Positions 42,187 to 53,147 of a stretch of DNA of 64,000 nt are shown here, in pieces. The notes beneath the pieces were generated by a model. It did no database searches. It saw only the letters and a list, made by a program, of their open reading frames with translations, and had not been told where the DNA came from. The stretch lies in the NCBI RefSeq assembly GCF_057098645.1, contig NZ_CM169472.1; one strand, given 5' to 3'. Each line of letters opens with the position of its first letter. Within the stretch, counting starts at the first letter, position 1. A program made the position numbers and the translations under genes.

Positions 42187-42234
42187 CGCATTCAGCGCAT
42201 ATTTAGCAAATTACGTAATGGGTTCCTCGCGCGA

Positions 42235-42447
42235 TTATTTATACAGTTCGGCACTCATGGTGACGGTATTGCCCATGCGAGCGCTGGTAATTTTGTATTC
42301 AGAGGCGTTCATCTCTTTCGCTTTCTGCGCAATAACCGCTTCAGCGGAATCCAGTGTTGTACCGGTTGCTGTCACGCTTTGCGCCGATGCGTTAAACGCC
42401 GCGACAGAGAAAAGAGAAGCCGTAAAAATTGCGATGATCGTTTTCAT
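42235..42447 (-). CDS. DUF1471 (YhcN/BhsA/McbA-family) small periplasmic stress protein
   Basis: 70 aa from MKTIIAIFTASLFSVAAFNASA (signal peptide). Mature part ends TSA..GN....A.LYK, typical of the family. The ORF-track start at 42615 is an extension. Confidence 0.5.
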   Translation of the reverse strand: MKTIIAIFTASLFSVAAFNASAQSVTATGTTLDSAEAVIAQKAKEMNASEYKITSARMGNTVTMSAELYK

Positions 42448-42604
42448 GTTTATATTCCAGAGTGTCTTAATTGTTTGGCGTTTATTAACGCGATGGGGAG
42501 AGAATACGCCTGCTGCCTGATAACATAAATGATACAAATGGCAATAGACTATTCTGTTTTTGTTAATAATCAGACGCCGGACGTTCCGACGCCTGTCGAT
42601 CGCA

Positions 42605-43021
42605 TCAGGCAACAAAGTTGTCCTTTAGCGCCTTGAGACCATCCCGATAGATGCCGGTAAACAGCGCCTCGGCCTCTTCGTTCGTCACATTCACCGGGGT
42701 GAATTCACCGAACCATTCCACACGGGAAACCTGGCTGTCGGCGGTTTCATGAACGGTAATGGTGGAGAGGTAATCCACCACCGGGAACGGAGCCTGAATA
42801 ATGGAATAGGTATAACTGCGTTGACGGTTATCAAACGCTTCCAGACGTTCAACCACAGTGCCGCCGTCAGAGGTTGTCAGCGAACGAACGCGACCGCCTT
42901 CTGTCACTACGCTTTTCGGGATGAACGGCAGCCAGTCTGGCAGCGCATCAAAGCCGCCCATCAATTGCCATACGGCGTCGGCAGAAGCCGGAATTTCGAT
43001 CGATACAGTTGTTTTAGCCAT
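42605..43021 (-). CDS. SRPBCC (Bet v1-like / polyketide-cyclase-like) ligand-binding protein
   Basis: 138 aa. The pattern A.AD.VWQL...FD.LP.WLP looks SRPBCC-like to me. Family assignment is by inspection only. Confidence 0.5.
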   Translation of the reverse strand: MAKTTVSIEIPASADAVWQLMGGFDALPDWLPFIPKSVVTEGGRVRSLTTSDGGTVVERLEAFDNRQRSYTYSIIQAPFPVVDYLSTITVHETADSQVSRVEWFGEFTPVNVTNEEAEALFTGIYRDGLKALKDNFVA

Positions 43022-43046
43022 GATAATTTTCTCTTAATTTATAGGG

Positions 43047-43844
43047 TTACATTGTCAGGGTGTCGACGACGCCGCCATCGACGCGCAGGGCTGCCCCTGT
43101 GGTTGCCGAGGAAAGCGGTGACGCGAGATAAACCGCCAGATTCGCCACTTCTTCCACATCTGCTGCACGCTGGATGATGGAACTCGGACGCGAGGTTTTA
43201 ACAAACTCATCGGCCTGTTCACGCGCACTGCGTCCCGATTGTGCAGCGGCATCCGCCAGCATCTCTTTCAGGCCATCGGTAAAGGTTGGCCCTGGCAGAA
43301 TGGCGTTGACGGTCACACCGGTCCCCGCCAGTCGTTTCGCCAGACCATGAGAAACCGCCAGATTCGCGGCTTTGGTGACGCCGTAGTTGATCATGTCGCC
43401 AGGGATTGCCACGCCGGATTCGGACGAGACAAAGATAATCCGCCCCCAGCCCTGTTCCGTCATGCCTGGCGCATAGTGACGCGCCAGACGAACGCCGGAG
43501 AGGACGTTGACGTTATAGAAGTGCATCCACTCATCATCCGGAACGCTAAAGAAATCTTTATCGTTAAAAATGCCCAGATTATTGACCAGCACATCAGCCG
43601 TTGGGACTGCAGCGAGCAGCGCAGCCACGCCGTCTTCGGTGCTGAGATCCGCCACCACGCCGCGCAGTGACGCTGTGGGAGTTTGTGCCGCAATCGCAGC
43701 CATGGCGTCATCAACGCCGCTCTGTTTACGGCCGACGACAACCACCGTTGCGCCTGCTTTTGCCAGTCCGGCGGCGATACCCTGCCCAATGCCGGAGGTT
43801 GAGCCGCTGACCACCGCGACTTTACCTGTCAGATCCAGTTTCAT
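43047..43844 (-). CDS. Short-chain dehydrogenase/reductase (SDR)
   Basis: 265 aa from MKLDLTGKVAVVSGSTSGIGQGIA (glycine-rich NAD(P)-binding motif), with NNLG. The ORF-track start at 43946 is an extension. Confidence 0.8.
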   Translation of the reverse strand: MKLDLTGKVAVVSGSTSGIGQGIAAGLAKAGATVVVVGRKQSGVDDAMAAIAAQTPTASLRGVVADLSTEDGVAALLAAVPTADVLVNNLGIFNDKDFFSVPDDEWMHFYNVNVLSGVRLARHYAPGMTEQGWGRIIFVSSESGVAIPGDMINYGVTKAANLAVSHGLAKRLAGTGVTVNAILPGPTFTDGLKEMLADAAAQSGRSAREQADEFVKTSRPSSIIQRAADVEEVANLAVYLASPLSSATTGAALRVDGGVVDTLTM

Positions 43845-43863
43845 CGTTTTCTCACCAGGTTGA

Positions 43864-44874
43864 TTAACGGGTCGGCAGCGGAGCGTTTTCCGCAACCAGA
43901 TTTTGACGGCACATTTCTGCCCAGAATTCAGCCGGAACAGGCGCATTCAGTGCAGCCAGATCTTCTGCCATACGGCCAGGACGGCTGGAGCCAGGAATAA
44001 CCGCTGCAACGGCCGGGTTTGCCAGCGCGAACTGCAGCGCAGCCGCTTTAACGTTCACATTGAAACGTGTGGCAATGGCGTTAATTTGCGCCACTTTCTG
44101 CTGGATGGCCGCAGAGGCTTTCTGATATTCAAAGTGCTCGCCGCCTGCCAGTACGCCAGAGCTGTATGGACCGCCCACAACGATATCCACGTTCTGTTCC
44201 AGTGCTTCTGGCATCAGGCGTTGCAGCGCACGTTCGTGATCCAGCAGGGAATAACGCCCCGCCAGCAGGAACGCATCCGGCTTCGGTTCGTCCAGCGCCA
44301 GCGTCAGTTCGCAAGGTTCGACGCGGTTCACACCCAGTCCCCAGGCTTTAATCACACCTTCGTCACGCAAACGCGTCAGCGCACGAAATGCACCGGTACG
44401 GGCAATGTTGAACTGCTCCAGCCAGCTGTCACCGTAGAAGTCCTGCGCCGGGTCGTGGATCCAGACAATGTCCAGACGGTCTGTTTTCAGGCGTTTCAGG
44501 CTGTCTTCAATCGATCGCAGCGTGGCGTCAGCAGAGTAGTCATTCAGAATTTTGTTTTTCAGGCCGTGTTCGAACAGGCCACCTTTTTCACCGAAATCCC
44601 GTTTTGCCGGATCTTCCATTTCGTCCAGCATGATGCGACCGACTTTGCTACTCAGAACGTATTCATCGCGTGGATACTGAGACAGCGCTTCACCCATGCG
44701 GATTTCAGAAAGGCCAGAGCCGTACAGCGGCGCGGTATCAAAGTAACGCACACCCAGGTTCCAGGCTTCGCTCACGGTGGCGTGGGCCTCTTCTTCCGGA
44801 ATGGCACGGAACATGTTGCCAAGTGGTGCGCCGCCTAAGCCAATTTTGCCGGGGAGTAAATTTTTAATGCTCAT
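43864..44874 (-). CDS. Aldo/keto reductase
   Basis: 336 aa with FDTAPLYG and AKR-typical spacing. SD GAGGA. Confidence 0.8.
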   Translation of the reverse strand: MSIKNLLPGKIGLGGAPLGNMFRAIPEEEAHATVSEAWNLGVRYFDTAPLYGSGLSEIRMGEALSQYPRDEYVLSSKVGRIMLDEMEDPAKRDFGEKGGLFEHGLKNKILNDYSADATLRSIEDSLKRLKTDRLDIVWIHDPAQDFYGDSWLEQFNIARTGAFRALTRLRDEGVIKAWGLGVNRVEPCELTLALDEPKPDAFLLAGRYSLLDHERALQRLMPEALEQNVDIVVGGPYSSGVLAGGEHFEYQKASAAIQQKVAQINAIATRFNVNVKAAALQFALANPAVAAVIPGSSRPGRMAEDLAALNAPVPAEFWAEMCRQNLVAENAPLPTR

Positions 44875-44927
44875 AAGATGTCCTCAATTATTCGGTTTGG
44901 GTTAGGGCGTTTTTTTGCTATCGCCCT

Positions 44928-44951
44928 GTGACGTGGATCACAATACCTTGC
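44928..44951. promoter_or_regulatory. Candidate LysR-type operator dyad in the divergent promoter
   Basis: TCACAA-N12-TTGTGA inverted repeat between the divergent AKR and LysR genes. Confidence 0.35.
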
Positions 44952-45007
44952 GAGGTTGTGACTTGATAGGACATAATTCGTCTGACTTAAGTCCTTTGAG
45001 GTCTAAC

Positions 45008-45895
45008 ATGATTGATTTACGCCAACTGAAGTACTTCGTGGTGGTCGCAGAAGAAGAGCACGTGGGACGCGCAGCCGAGCGATTACATATCTCGCAATCG
45101 CCGCTGAGCCGCCAGATTGCACAACTGGAAGAACGACTGGGGCTGACGCTGTTTGAGCGTAATCAGCAGCGCATTCGCCTGACCGCTGATGGACAGACAT
45201 TCCTTGCCGAAACACGTTCGTTGCTGACACACGCCAACCGCCTGGAGTCGTTAGGCAAACGCCTGGGACGGGGGGAAGATGGGGGCTTGTGTATTGGCTA
45301 TATCGAAAACGCCATGCATTCCGGTGTACTTTCTACGGCGTTACGTACGTTACGTGTATCGCGTCCGAATGTGCATATCGCTCTTTACAGCCAACCACCG
45401 GCTACCCAGATTGAAGGCCTGCGCCAGCGCAGTCTCGATTTTTCTCTGGTCGATACGCCGCCCGCCGACAGCGAGCAGGATCTGGAATATATTCAGGTTC
45501 TGGATGATCGAATGTTGTTGGCCTTACCGCAAAATCATCCTCTGGCGCAGGAGGAAAACCTTGTCGCGTCACAACTTGGCGATGAGCAGTGGATTGCGGT
45601 GATTCATAACGACGATGCGCATTCTCGCGATCATTTTGTCGCCGCCTGTGTTAACGCCGGGTTTAATCCTGATATTCGCCTGGAAGCGGGTGAACCCCTC
45701 ACGGCATTAGGTCTGGTCGCTGCGGGATTAGGTCTGGCCTTAATTCAACATAGTCTGCGTCATAATGCGCCGGAAGGGGTGGTATTACGTGAATTGCCGT
45801 GGATGAATTATTCAACGCAATTATGGGCAGCCTGGCATAAAGCCAACCAACGTCCGCTGGTTTCCCATTTCCGCCAGATCCTGCGCGGTGAATAA
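45008..45895 (+). CDS. LysR-family transcriptional regulator
   Basis: 295 aa from MIDLRQLKYFVVVAEEEHVGRAAERLHISQSPLSRQI (LysR HTH). Divergent from the AKR-SDR gene set. Confidence 0.85.
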   Translation: MIDLRQLKYFVVVAEEEHVGRAAERLHISQSPLSRQIAQLEERLGLTLFERNQQRIRLTADGQTFLAETRSLLTHANRLESLGKRLGRGEDGGLCIGYIENAMHSGVLSTALRTLRVSRPNVHIALYSQPPATQIEGLRQRSLDFSLVDTPPADSEQDLEYIQVLDDRMLLALPQNHPLAQEENLVASQLGDEQWIAVIHNDDAHSRDHFVAACVNAGFNPDIRLEAGEPLTALGLVAAGLGLALIQHSLRHNAPEGVVLRELPWMNYSTQLWAAWHKANQRPLVSHFRQILRGE

Positions 45896-46048
45896 AACGT
45901 TAAGCGGGAACCATGAGTTCCCGCTTGATTTGAGATGTCAGTCCGCATCTGAGCTAATACACTTAAAGAGAATTCTGCCTTTTCGGGGACTCATCATTTA
46001 ACTAATGCCGGATGCGATGCTGGCGCGCCGCACCCGGCATTTTACGCA

Positions 46049-47716
46049 TTACTTCGCAATACGCTTGTACTTGATACGCTTCGGCTCCAGCGCGTCTGCG
46101 CCCAGCGTGCGTTTTTTGTACTCTTCGTATTCGGTAAAGTTACCTTCGAAGAACTCAACTTTACCTTCATCCTGGTAGTCCAGGATGTGCGTGGCGATAC
46201 GGTCGAGGAACCAACGGTCGTGCGAGATAACCATCGCACAGCCCGGGAACTCCAGCAGGGCGTTTTCCAGCGCGCGCAGGGTTTCGATATCCAGGTCGTT
46301 GGTTGGTTCGTCGAGCAGCAGCATGTTGCCGCCAACCTGCAGCAGCTTCGCCAGATGCAGACGACCGCGCTCACCACCGGAAAGTTCACCAACGCGTTTA
46401 CCCTGATCAACCCCTTTAAAGTTAAAGCGGCCAACGTAGGCGCGGCTTGGCATCTCGGTGTTGCCGATCTTCATAATATCCAGCCCGCCGGAAACTTCTT
46501 CCCAAACGGTTTTGCTGTTATCCATTGAGTCACGGAACTGATCAACCGACGCCAGTTTCACCGTTTCACCCAAAGTGATGGTGCCGCTGTCCGGCTGTTC
46601 CTGACCAGAGATCATACGGAACAGGGTCGATTTACCCGCACCGTTCGGACCGATGATCCCGACGATCGCCCCTTTCGGGATCGAGAAGCTCAGGTCATCA
46701 ATCAGCAGGCGATCGCCGTAGGATTTACGCAGGTTGCTGACTTCCAGCACTTTATCGCCCAGACGCGGTCCAGGTGGAATAAACAGTTCGTTGGTTTCGT
46801 TACGTTTCTGGTATTCGGTGCTGTTCAGCTCTTCAAAGCGTGCCAGACGTGCTTTACCTTTCGACTGGCGGCCTTTAGTTCCCTGACGTACCCACTCCAG
46901 CTCTTTCTCGATCGACTTACGACGCGCCGCTTCTTGTGAAGCTTCCTGCGCCAGACGCTGATCTTTCTGCTCCAGCCAGGAGGAGTAGTTACCTTCCCAC
47001 GGAATACCTTCACCGCGGTCAAGTTCGAGGATCCAGCCCGCAACGTTATCGAGGAAGTAACGGTCGTGGGTAATCGCCACCACGGTGCCTTCGAAGTCGT
47101 GCAGGAAGCGTTCCAGCCAGGCCACGGATTCGGCATCCAGGTGGTTGGTCGGTTCGTCGAGCAGCAGCATGTCTGGTTTTTCCAGCAGCAGGCGGCACAA
47201 CGCTACGCGACGACGTTCACCACCGGAGAGGTTAGCGATTTTCGCGTCCCAGTCCGGCAGACGCAGCGCATCCGCCGCACGCTCCAGCTGTACGTTCAGG
47301 TTATGACCGTCGTGAGCCTGAATGATCTCTTCCAGACGGCCTTGTTCAGCGGCCAGCTTGTCAAAATCGGCATCCGGATCGGCGTACAGCGCATACACTT
47401 CATCCAGGCGTTTCAGGGCGTTAACCACTTCTGAAACCGCTTCTTCAATGGACTCACGCACGGTGTGTTCCGGGTTCAGCTGCGGTTCCTGCGGCAGATA
47501 ACCAATCTTGATGTCTGGCTGCGGACGCGCTTCACCTTCGATGTCTTTATCAATGCCCGCCATAATGCGCAGCAGGGTGGACTTACCCGCGCCATTCAGA
47601 CCCAGGACACCAATTTTTGCCCCAGGGAAGAAACTCAGAGAGATATTTTTCAAAATATGACGTTTCGGCGGAACAACTTTGCCGACACGATGCATGGTAT
47701 AAACGAATTGAGCCAC
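46049..47716 (-). CDS. ettA: Energy-dependent translational throttle protein EttA (ABC-F ATPase)
   Basis: 555 aa with two ABC cassettes (GLNGAGKST, GPNGAGKST; LSGGE signatures). Confidence 0.95.
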   Translation of the reverse strand: MAQFVYTMHRVGKVVPPKRHILKNISLSFFPGAKIGVLGLNGAGKSTLLRIMAGIDKDIEGEARPQPDIKIGYLPQEPQLNPEHTVRESIEEAVSEVVNALKRLDEVYALYADPDADFDKLAAEQGRLEEIIQAHDGHNLNVQLERAADALRLPDWDAKIANLSGGERRRVALCRLLLEKPDMLLLDEPTNHLDAESVAWLERFLHDFEGTVVAITHDRYFLDNVAGWILELDRGEGIPWEGNYSSWLEQKDQRLAQEASQEAARRKSIEKELEWVRQGTKGRQSKGKARLARFEELNSTEYQKRNETNELFIPPGPRLGDKVLEVSNLRKSYGDRLLIDDLSFSIPKGAIVGIIGPNGAGKSTLFRMISGQEQPDSGTITLGETVKLASVDQFRDSMDNSKTVWEEVSGGLDIMKIGNTEMPSRAYVGRFNFKGVDQGKRVGELSGGERGRLHLAKLLQVGGNMLLLDEPTNDLDIETLRALENALLEFPGCAMVISHDRWFLDRIATHILDYQDEGKVEFFEGNFTEYEEYKKRTLGADALEPKRIKYKRIAK

Positions 47717-47926
47717 GTTGGACTTCGCCTCTATGTTTATCGTGATGATGAGTTTTCAAAGGCGAAGTGTAGCCTTTTTCCCCGCCTAATCCCAGTTGGT
47801 CGATCACCTTCGCAGTAAAAGTAAAAAAGTGTCCGTAACGTGGCGTAAACGGCAATGACTGGTTAGCATAAATCTATTACGCGGCATGACGCTGCATTGA
47901 TGTATTTACACTTAGAGGATGCGCTT

Positions 47927-49864
47927 GTGGAAAAAGCCAAACAAGTTACCTGGCGGCTGTTGGCTACCGGTGTCTGTCTGCTGACGGTCAGCAGCGTGGC
48001 GCGAGCCGACTCACTGGATGAGCAGCGTAGTCGTTACGCGCAAATCAAGCAGGCCTGGGATAATCGACAAATGGATGTGGTCGAACAAATGATGCCTGGA
48101 CTGAAGGATTATCCGCTTTATCCCTACCTGGAATTCCGCCAGATCACCGATGACCTGATGAATCAACCGGCGGTGACGGTCACTAACTTTGTTCGCGCTA
48201 ACCCCACGCTTCCTCCCGCTCGCACGCTGCAATCTCGTTTCGTCAATGAACTGGCGCGGCGTGAAGACTGGCGTGGCTTGTTAGCCTTTAGCCCGGAAAA
48301 GCCCGGAACTACCGAAGCGCAATGTAATTACTACTATGCGAAATGGAACACCGGGCAGAGTGAAGAAGCCTGGCAAGGGGCGAAAGAGCTGTGGCTAACC
48401 GGCAAGAGCCAGCCTAACGCCTGTGACAAGTTATTTAGCGTCTGGCGTGCGTCAGGTAAACAAGATCCGCTGGCGTATTTAGAGCGTATCCGTCTGGCGA
48501 TGAAAGCGGGTAACACTGGCCTGGTAACAGTGCTGGCAGGGCAGATGCCTGCCGATTACCAGACTATCGCCTCGGCAATCATTTCACTGGCGAACAACCC
48601 TAATACGGTACTGACCTTCGCGCGTACAACCGGAGCGACCGATTTTACCCGTCAAATGGCGGCGGTGGCGTTTGCCAGTGTGGCGCGGCAGGATGCTGAA
48701 AATGCACGGCTGATGATCCCGTCGCTTGCCCAGGCGCAGCAGCTTAATGAAGATCAGATTCAGGAGCTGCGCGATATCGTCGCCTGGCGTTTGATGGGCA
48801 ACGATGTCACCGACGAGCAGGCGAAATGGCGCGATGACGCCATTATGCGCTCGCAATCTACTTCGCTTATTGAACGCCGTGTGCGAATGGCGCTTGGCAC
48901 CGGCGATCGTCGCGGCCTGAATACCTGGCTGGCGCGTCTGCCTATGGAAGCGAAAGAGAAAGATGAATGGCGTTACTGGCAGGCGGATTTATTGCTGGAA
49001 CGCGGACGTGAAGCTGAAGCAAAAGAGATTTTGCATCAACTCATGCAACAGCGTGGTTTCTACCCGATGGTTGCTGCACAACGCATCGGCGAAGAGTATG
49101 AGCTGAAGATTGATAAAGCGCCGCAGAATGTTGACAGCGCCCTGACTCAGGGGCCGGAGATGGCGCGCGTGCGCGAGTTGATGTACTGGAATCTCGATAA
49201 CACCGCGCGTAGCGAGTGGGCCAATCTGGTGAAGAGCAAGTCAAAAACAGAGCAGGCTCAACTGGCGCGGTATGCTTTCAACAACCAATGGTGGGATCTT
49301 AGCGTTCAGGCAACGATCGCCGGGAAGCTGTGGGATCATCTGGAAGAGCGATTCCCGCTGGCTTACAACGATCTTTTCAAACGTTACACCAGTGGGAAGG
49401 AGATCCCGCAAAGCTATGCGATGGCGATTGCCCGTCAGGAGAGCGCCTGGAATCCGAAAGTGAAATCACCGGTAGGGGCCAGCGGCCTGATGCAGATTAT
49501 GCCGGGCACGGCGACCCATACGGTGAAGATGTTCTCTATTCCTGGTTATAGCAGCCCTGGGCAATTGCTGGATCCGGAAACGAATATCAACATTGGCACC
49601 AGTTACCTGCAATATGTTTATCAGCAATTTGGTAATAACCGTATTTTCTCCTCAGCAGCTTATAACGCCGGACCTGGACGGGTGCGAACCTGGCTTGGCA
49701 ACAGCGCCGGGCGTATCGACGCTGTGGCATTTGTCGAGAGTATTCCGTTCTCCGAGACGCGCGGTTATGTGAAGAACGTGCTGGCTTATGACGCTTACTA
49801 CCGCTATTTCATGGGGGATAAACCGACGTTGATGAGCGCCACGGAATGGGGACGTCGTTACTGA
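47927..49864 (+). CDS. slt: Soluble lytic murein transglycosylase Slt70
   Basis: 645 aa from GTG (MEKAKQVTWRLL), with signal peptide and catalytic motif ESAWNP. Confidence 0.95.
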   Translation: MEKAKQVTWRLLATGVCLLTVSSVARADSLDEQRSRYAQIKQAWDNRQMDVVEQMMPGLKDYPLYPYLEFRQITDDLMNQPAVTVTNFVRANPTLPPARTLQSRFVNELARREDWRGLLAFSPEKPGTTEAQCNYYYAKWNTGQSEEAWQGAKELWLTGKSQPNACDKLFSVWRASGKQDPLAYLERIRLAMKAGNTGLVTVLAGQMPADYQTIASAIISLANNPNTVLTFARTTGATDFTRQMAAVAFASVARQDAENARLMIPSLAQAQQLNEDQIQELRDIVAWRLMGNDVTDEQAKWRDDAIMRSQSTSLIERRVRMALGTGDRRGLNTWLARLPMEAKEKDEWRYWQADLLLERGREAEAKEILHQLMQQRGFYPMVAAQRIGEEYELKIDKAPQNVDSALTQGPEMARVRELMYWNLDNTARSEWANLVKSKSKTEQAQLARYAFNNQWWDLSVQATIAGKLWDHLEERFPLAYNDLFKRYTSGKEIPQSYAMAIARQESAWNPKVKSPVGASGLMQIMPGTATHTVKMFSIPGYSSPGQLLDPETNINIGTSYLQYVYQQFGNNRIFSSAAYNAGPGRVRTWLGNSAGRIDAVAFVESIPFSETRGYVKNVLAYDAYYRYFMGDKPTLMSATEWGRRY

Positions 49865-49887
49865 TCCACACGTTTATGATATGCTAT

Positions 49888-49908
49888 CGTACTCTTTAGC
49901 GAGTACAA
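49888..49908. promoter_or_regulatory. TrpR operator in the trpR promoter
   Basis: CGTACTCTTTAGCGAGTACAA, containing the palindrome GTACTC...GAGTAC, about 45 bp upstream of the trpR start. Confidence 0.6.
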
Positions 49909-49938
49909 TCGGGGGAGGCATTTTGCTTCCCCCGCTAA

Positions 49939-50280
<342 letters not shown>

Positions 50281-50282
50281 TT

Positions 50283-50898
<616 letters not shown>

Positions 50899-50937
50899 TC
50901 AGAAAATTAACGTTACAGCAGTATACGGAAAAAAAGC

Positions 50938-51585
50938 ATGTTACAGGTATACCTAGTCCGCCACGGTGAAACGCAGTGGAACGCCGAGCGACGTATTCAG
51001 GGCCAGTCTGACAGCCCGCTGACCGCCAAAGGTGAGCAACAGGCGATGCAGGTGGCAACCCGTGCCAAAGAGCTTGGCATTACGCATATCATCAGTAGCG
51101 ATTTAGGACGCACCCGGCGTACGGCGGAAATCATCGCCCAGGCCTGCGGCTGTGACATCATCTTTGATTCTCGCCTGCGTGAATTAAACATGGGTGTGCT
51201 GGAAAAAAGACATATCGATTCTCTGACCGAAGAAGAAGAGAACTGGCGTCGGCAGCTGGTCAATGGCACCGTTGACGGGCGTATTCCTGAAGGCGAGTCA
51301 ATGCAGGAGCTCAGCGATCGCGTCAATGCGGCACTGGAATCTTGCCGGGACTTACCGCAGGGAAGCCGACCGCTGCTGGTGAGTCATGGTATTGCACTGG
51401 GATGCCTGGTGAGTACGATTCTCGGATTACCAGCATGGGCAGAGCGCCGCTTACGTCTGCGTAACTGTTCTATTTCGCGCGTGGATTATCAGGAAAGCCT
51501 GTGGCTGGCGTCTGGCTGGGTCGTTGAAACCGCAGGGGACATCTCGCATCTGGACGCCCCTGCATTAGATGAGCTGCAGCGTTAA
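50938..51585 (+). CDS. gpmB: Phosphoglycerate mutase GpmB (histidine phosphatase family)
   Basis: 215 aa with the LVRHGETQWN motif. Confidence 0.9.
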   Translation: MLQVYLVRHGETQWNAERRIQGQSDSPLTAKGEQQAMQVATRAKELGITHIISSDLGRTRRTAEIIAQACGCDIIFDSRLRELNMGVLEKRHIDSLTEEEENWRRQLVNGTVDGRIPEGESMQELSDRVNAALESCRDLPQGSRPLLVSHGIALGCLVSTILGLPAWAERRLRLRNCSISRVDYQESLWLASGWVVETAGDISHLDAPALDELQR

Positions 51586-52451
51586 CGACGGATCGGAATC
51601 AGCAGTTCACAGCGCAGATTAATTGGGCGATCTCCCGCTTTGGCGTCTTCTGCCGGGTAGTATCGCTCAATATCCTGACCTTTACGGCGCGTCAGGTTGA
51701 GCATTGGCATGCACGTTCCGTATACCGTCAGGATAAACTCCTGCACGCCGGTTCCCAGACCTTCATAGGTAAACATCACATATTCGCCGCCCTGCAGCAT
51801 CACCGGATGCCCCGTCAGTACATAGCCATCTGCCTGATCCTGGGCTAACGCGGTGGTATAGAATACCTCTTGTTCGTCGTCTTTATCCTGACTCGGACGC
51901 GTTTCATTCAGGCCGTAGAGCACTGGCGGAATGGTCGGCGCGTTGCCGAGAAAATCGTGCCAGAACTGATAACGCATTTCATGGCGGAAATCAGAGATTT
52001 GCTCCAGCGAACAGGAGTAGCTCTGGGTAACACCAATCAGCGGCGTATCTTCCAGGGTGACAAATTTATGCTCTGGCATAGTGAATTCACCCAGACGCAG
52101 CGGCGGGCGAATACCAAAGGCGCTCCATTCAGGAGAACGGCGGTAAAGTGCAGGAGTCTGGGTAAACTGCTTCTTGAATGCGCGGGTAAATGTCTGTTGA
52201 GAGTCGAAGCGGTATTGCAGCGCGATGTCCAGAATCGGACGCGCAGTCAGGCGTAGTGCGACCGCCGATTTCGACAAACGACGAGCACGAATATACGCGC
52301 CAATAGCATGGCCAGTGACATCTTTAAACATTCTCTGTAAGTGCCACTTGGAATAACCTGCTTTCGCCGCTACATTGTCGAGCGACAGGGGCTGATCCAG
52401 ATGACCTTCCAGCCAGATTAAAAGGTCGCGAATAATGCCGGCCTGATCCAT
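51582..52451 (-). CDS. rob: Right origin-binding protein Rob (AraC/XylS family)
   Basis: 289 aa with an N-terminal AraC-type HTH. Confidence 0.95.
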   Translation of the reverse strand: MDQAGIIRDLLIWLEGHLDQPLSLDNVAAKAGYSKWHLQRMFKDVTGHAIGAYIRARRLSKSAVALRLTARPILDIALQYRFDSQQTFTRAFKKQFTQTPALYRRSPEWSAFGIRPPLRLGEFTMPEHKFVTLEDTPLIGVTQSYSCSLEQISDFRHEMRYQFWHDFLGNAPTIPPVLYGLNETRPSQDKDDEQEVFYTTALAQDQADGYVLTGHPVMLQGGEYVMFTYEGLGTGVQEFILTVYGTCMPMLNLTRRKGQDIERYYPAEDAKAGDRPINLRCELLIPIRR

Positions 52452-52661
52452 AAAATATCCTCATCCTTTCAACAACGAGCACCTGACATCAGGTAATTGG
52501 ATAATAGCATTTTTTGCTGTTTTAGCATTCAGTGTTTTTTTCTTAGTAGAGTATGTTTTAGGTCTTGACGGAAATAAAAGTATTGAGATTTTGTTCTTAA
52601 TCAATATGTTATTTACCGTGACGAACTAATTGCTCGTGTAATAGATAAAAATGGTAACAAT

Positions 52662-53135
52662 ATGAAATACAAGCATTTGATCCTGTCTTTAAGCCTGATA
52701 ATGCTGGGGCCATTGGCTCATGCAGAAGAGATTGGTTCGGTCGACACCGTATTTAAAATGATCGGCCCGGATCACAAAATTGTTGTGGAAGCCTTTGACG
52801 ATCCCGATGTGAAAAATGTCACCTGTTATGTGAGCCGGGCGAAAACAGGTGGTATTAAAGGGGGATTGGGTCTGGCGGAAGATACCTCCGATGCGGCTAT
52901 TTCTTGTCAGCAAGTCGGGCCGATTGAACTGTCGGATCGTATTAAAAACGGCAAAGCTCAGGGCGAGGTAGTATTCAAAAAACGCACGTCCCTGGTCTTT
53001 AAGTCGTTACAGGTCGTGCGCTTTTATGACGCCAAACGCAACGCGCTCGCTTATCTGGCTTACTCCGACAAAGTTGTAGAAGGTTCGCCGAAAAACGCGA
53101 TTAGCGCGGTTCCTGTCATGCCGTGGCGGCAATAA
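52662..53135 (+). CDS. creA: CreA periplasmic protein
   Basis: 157 aa with signal peptide, upstream of creBCD. Confidence 0.9.
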
Positions 53136-53147
53136 CAGAGGCGATTT

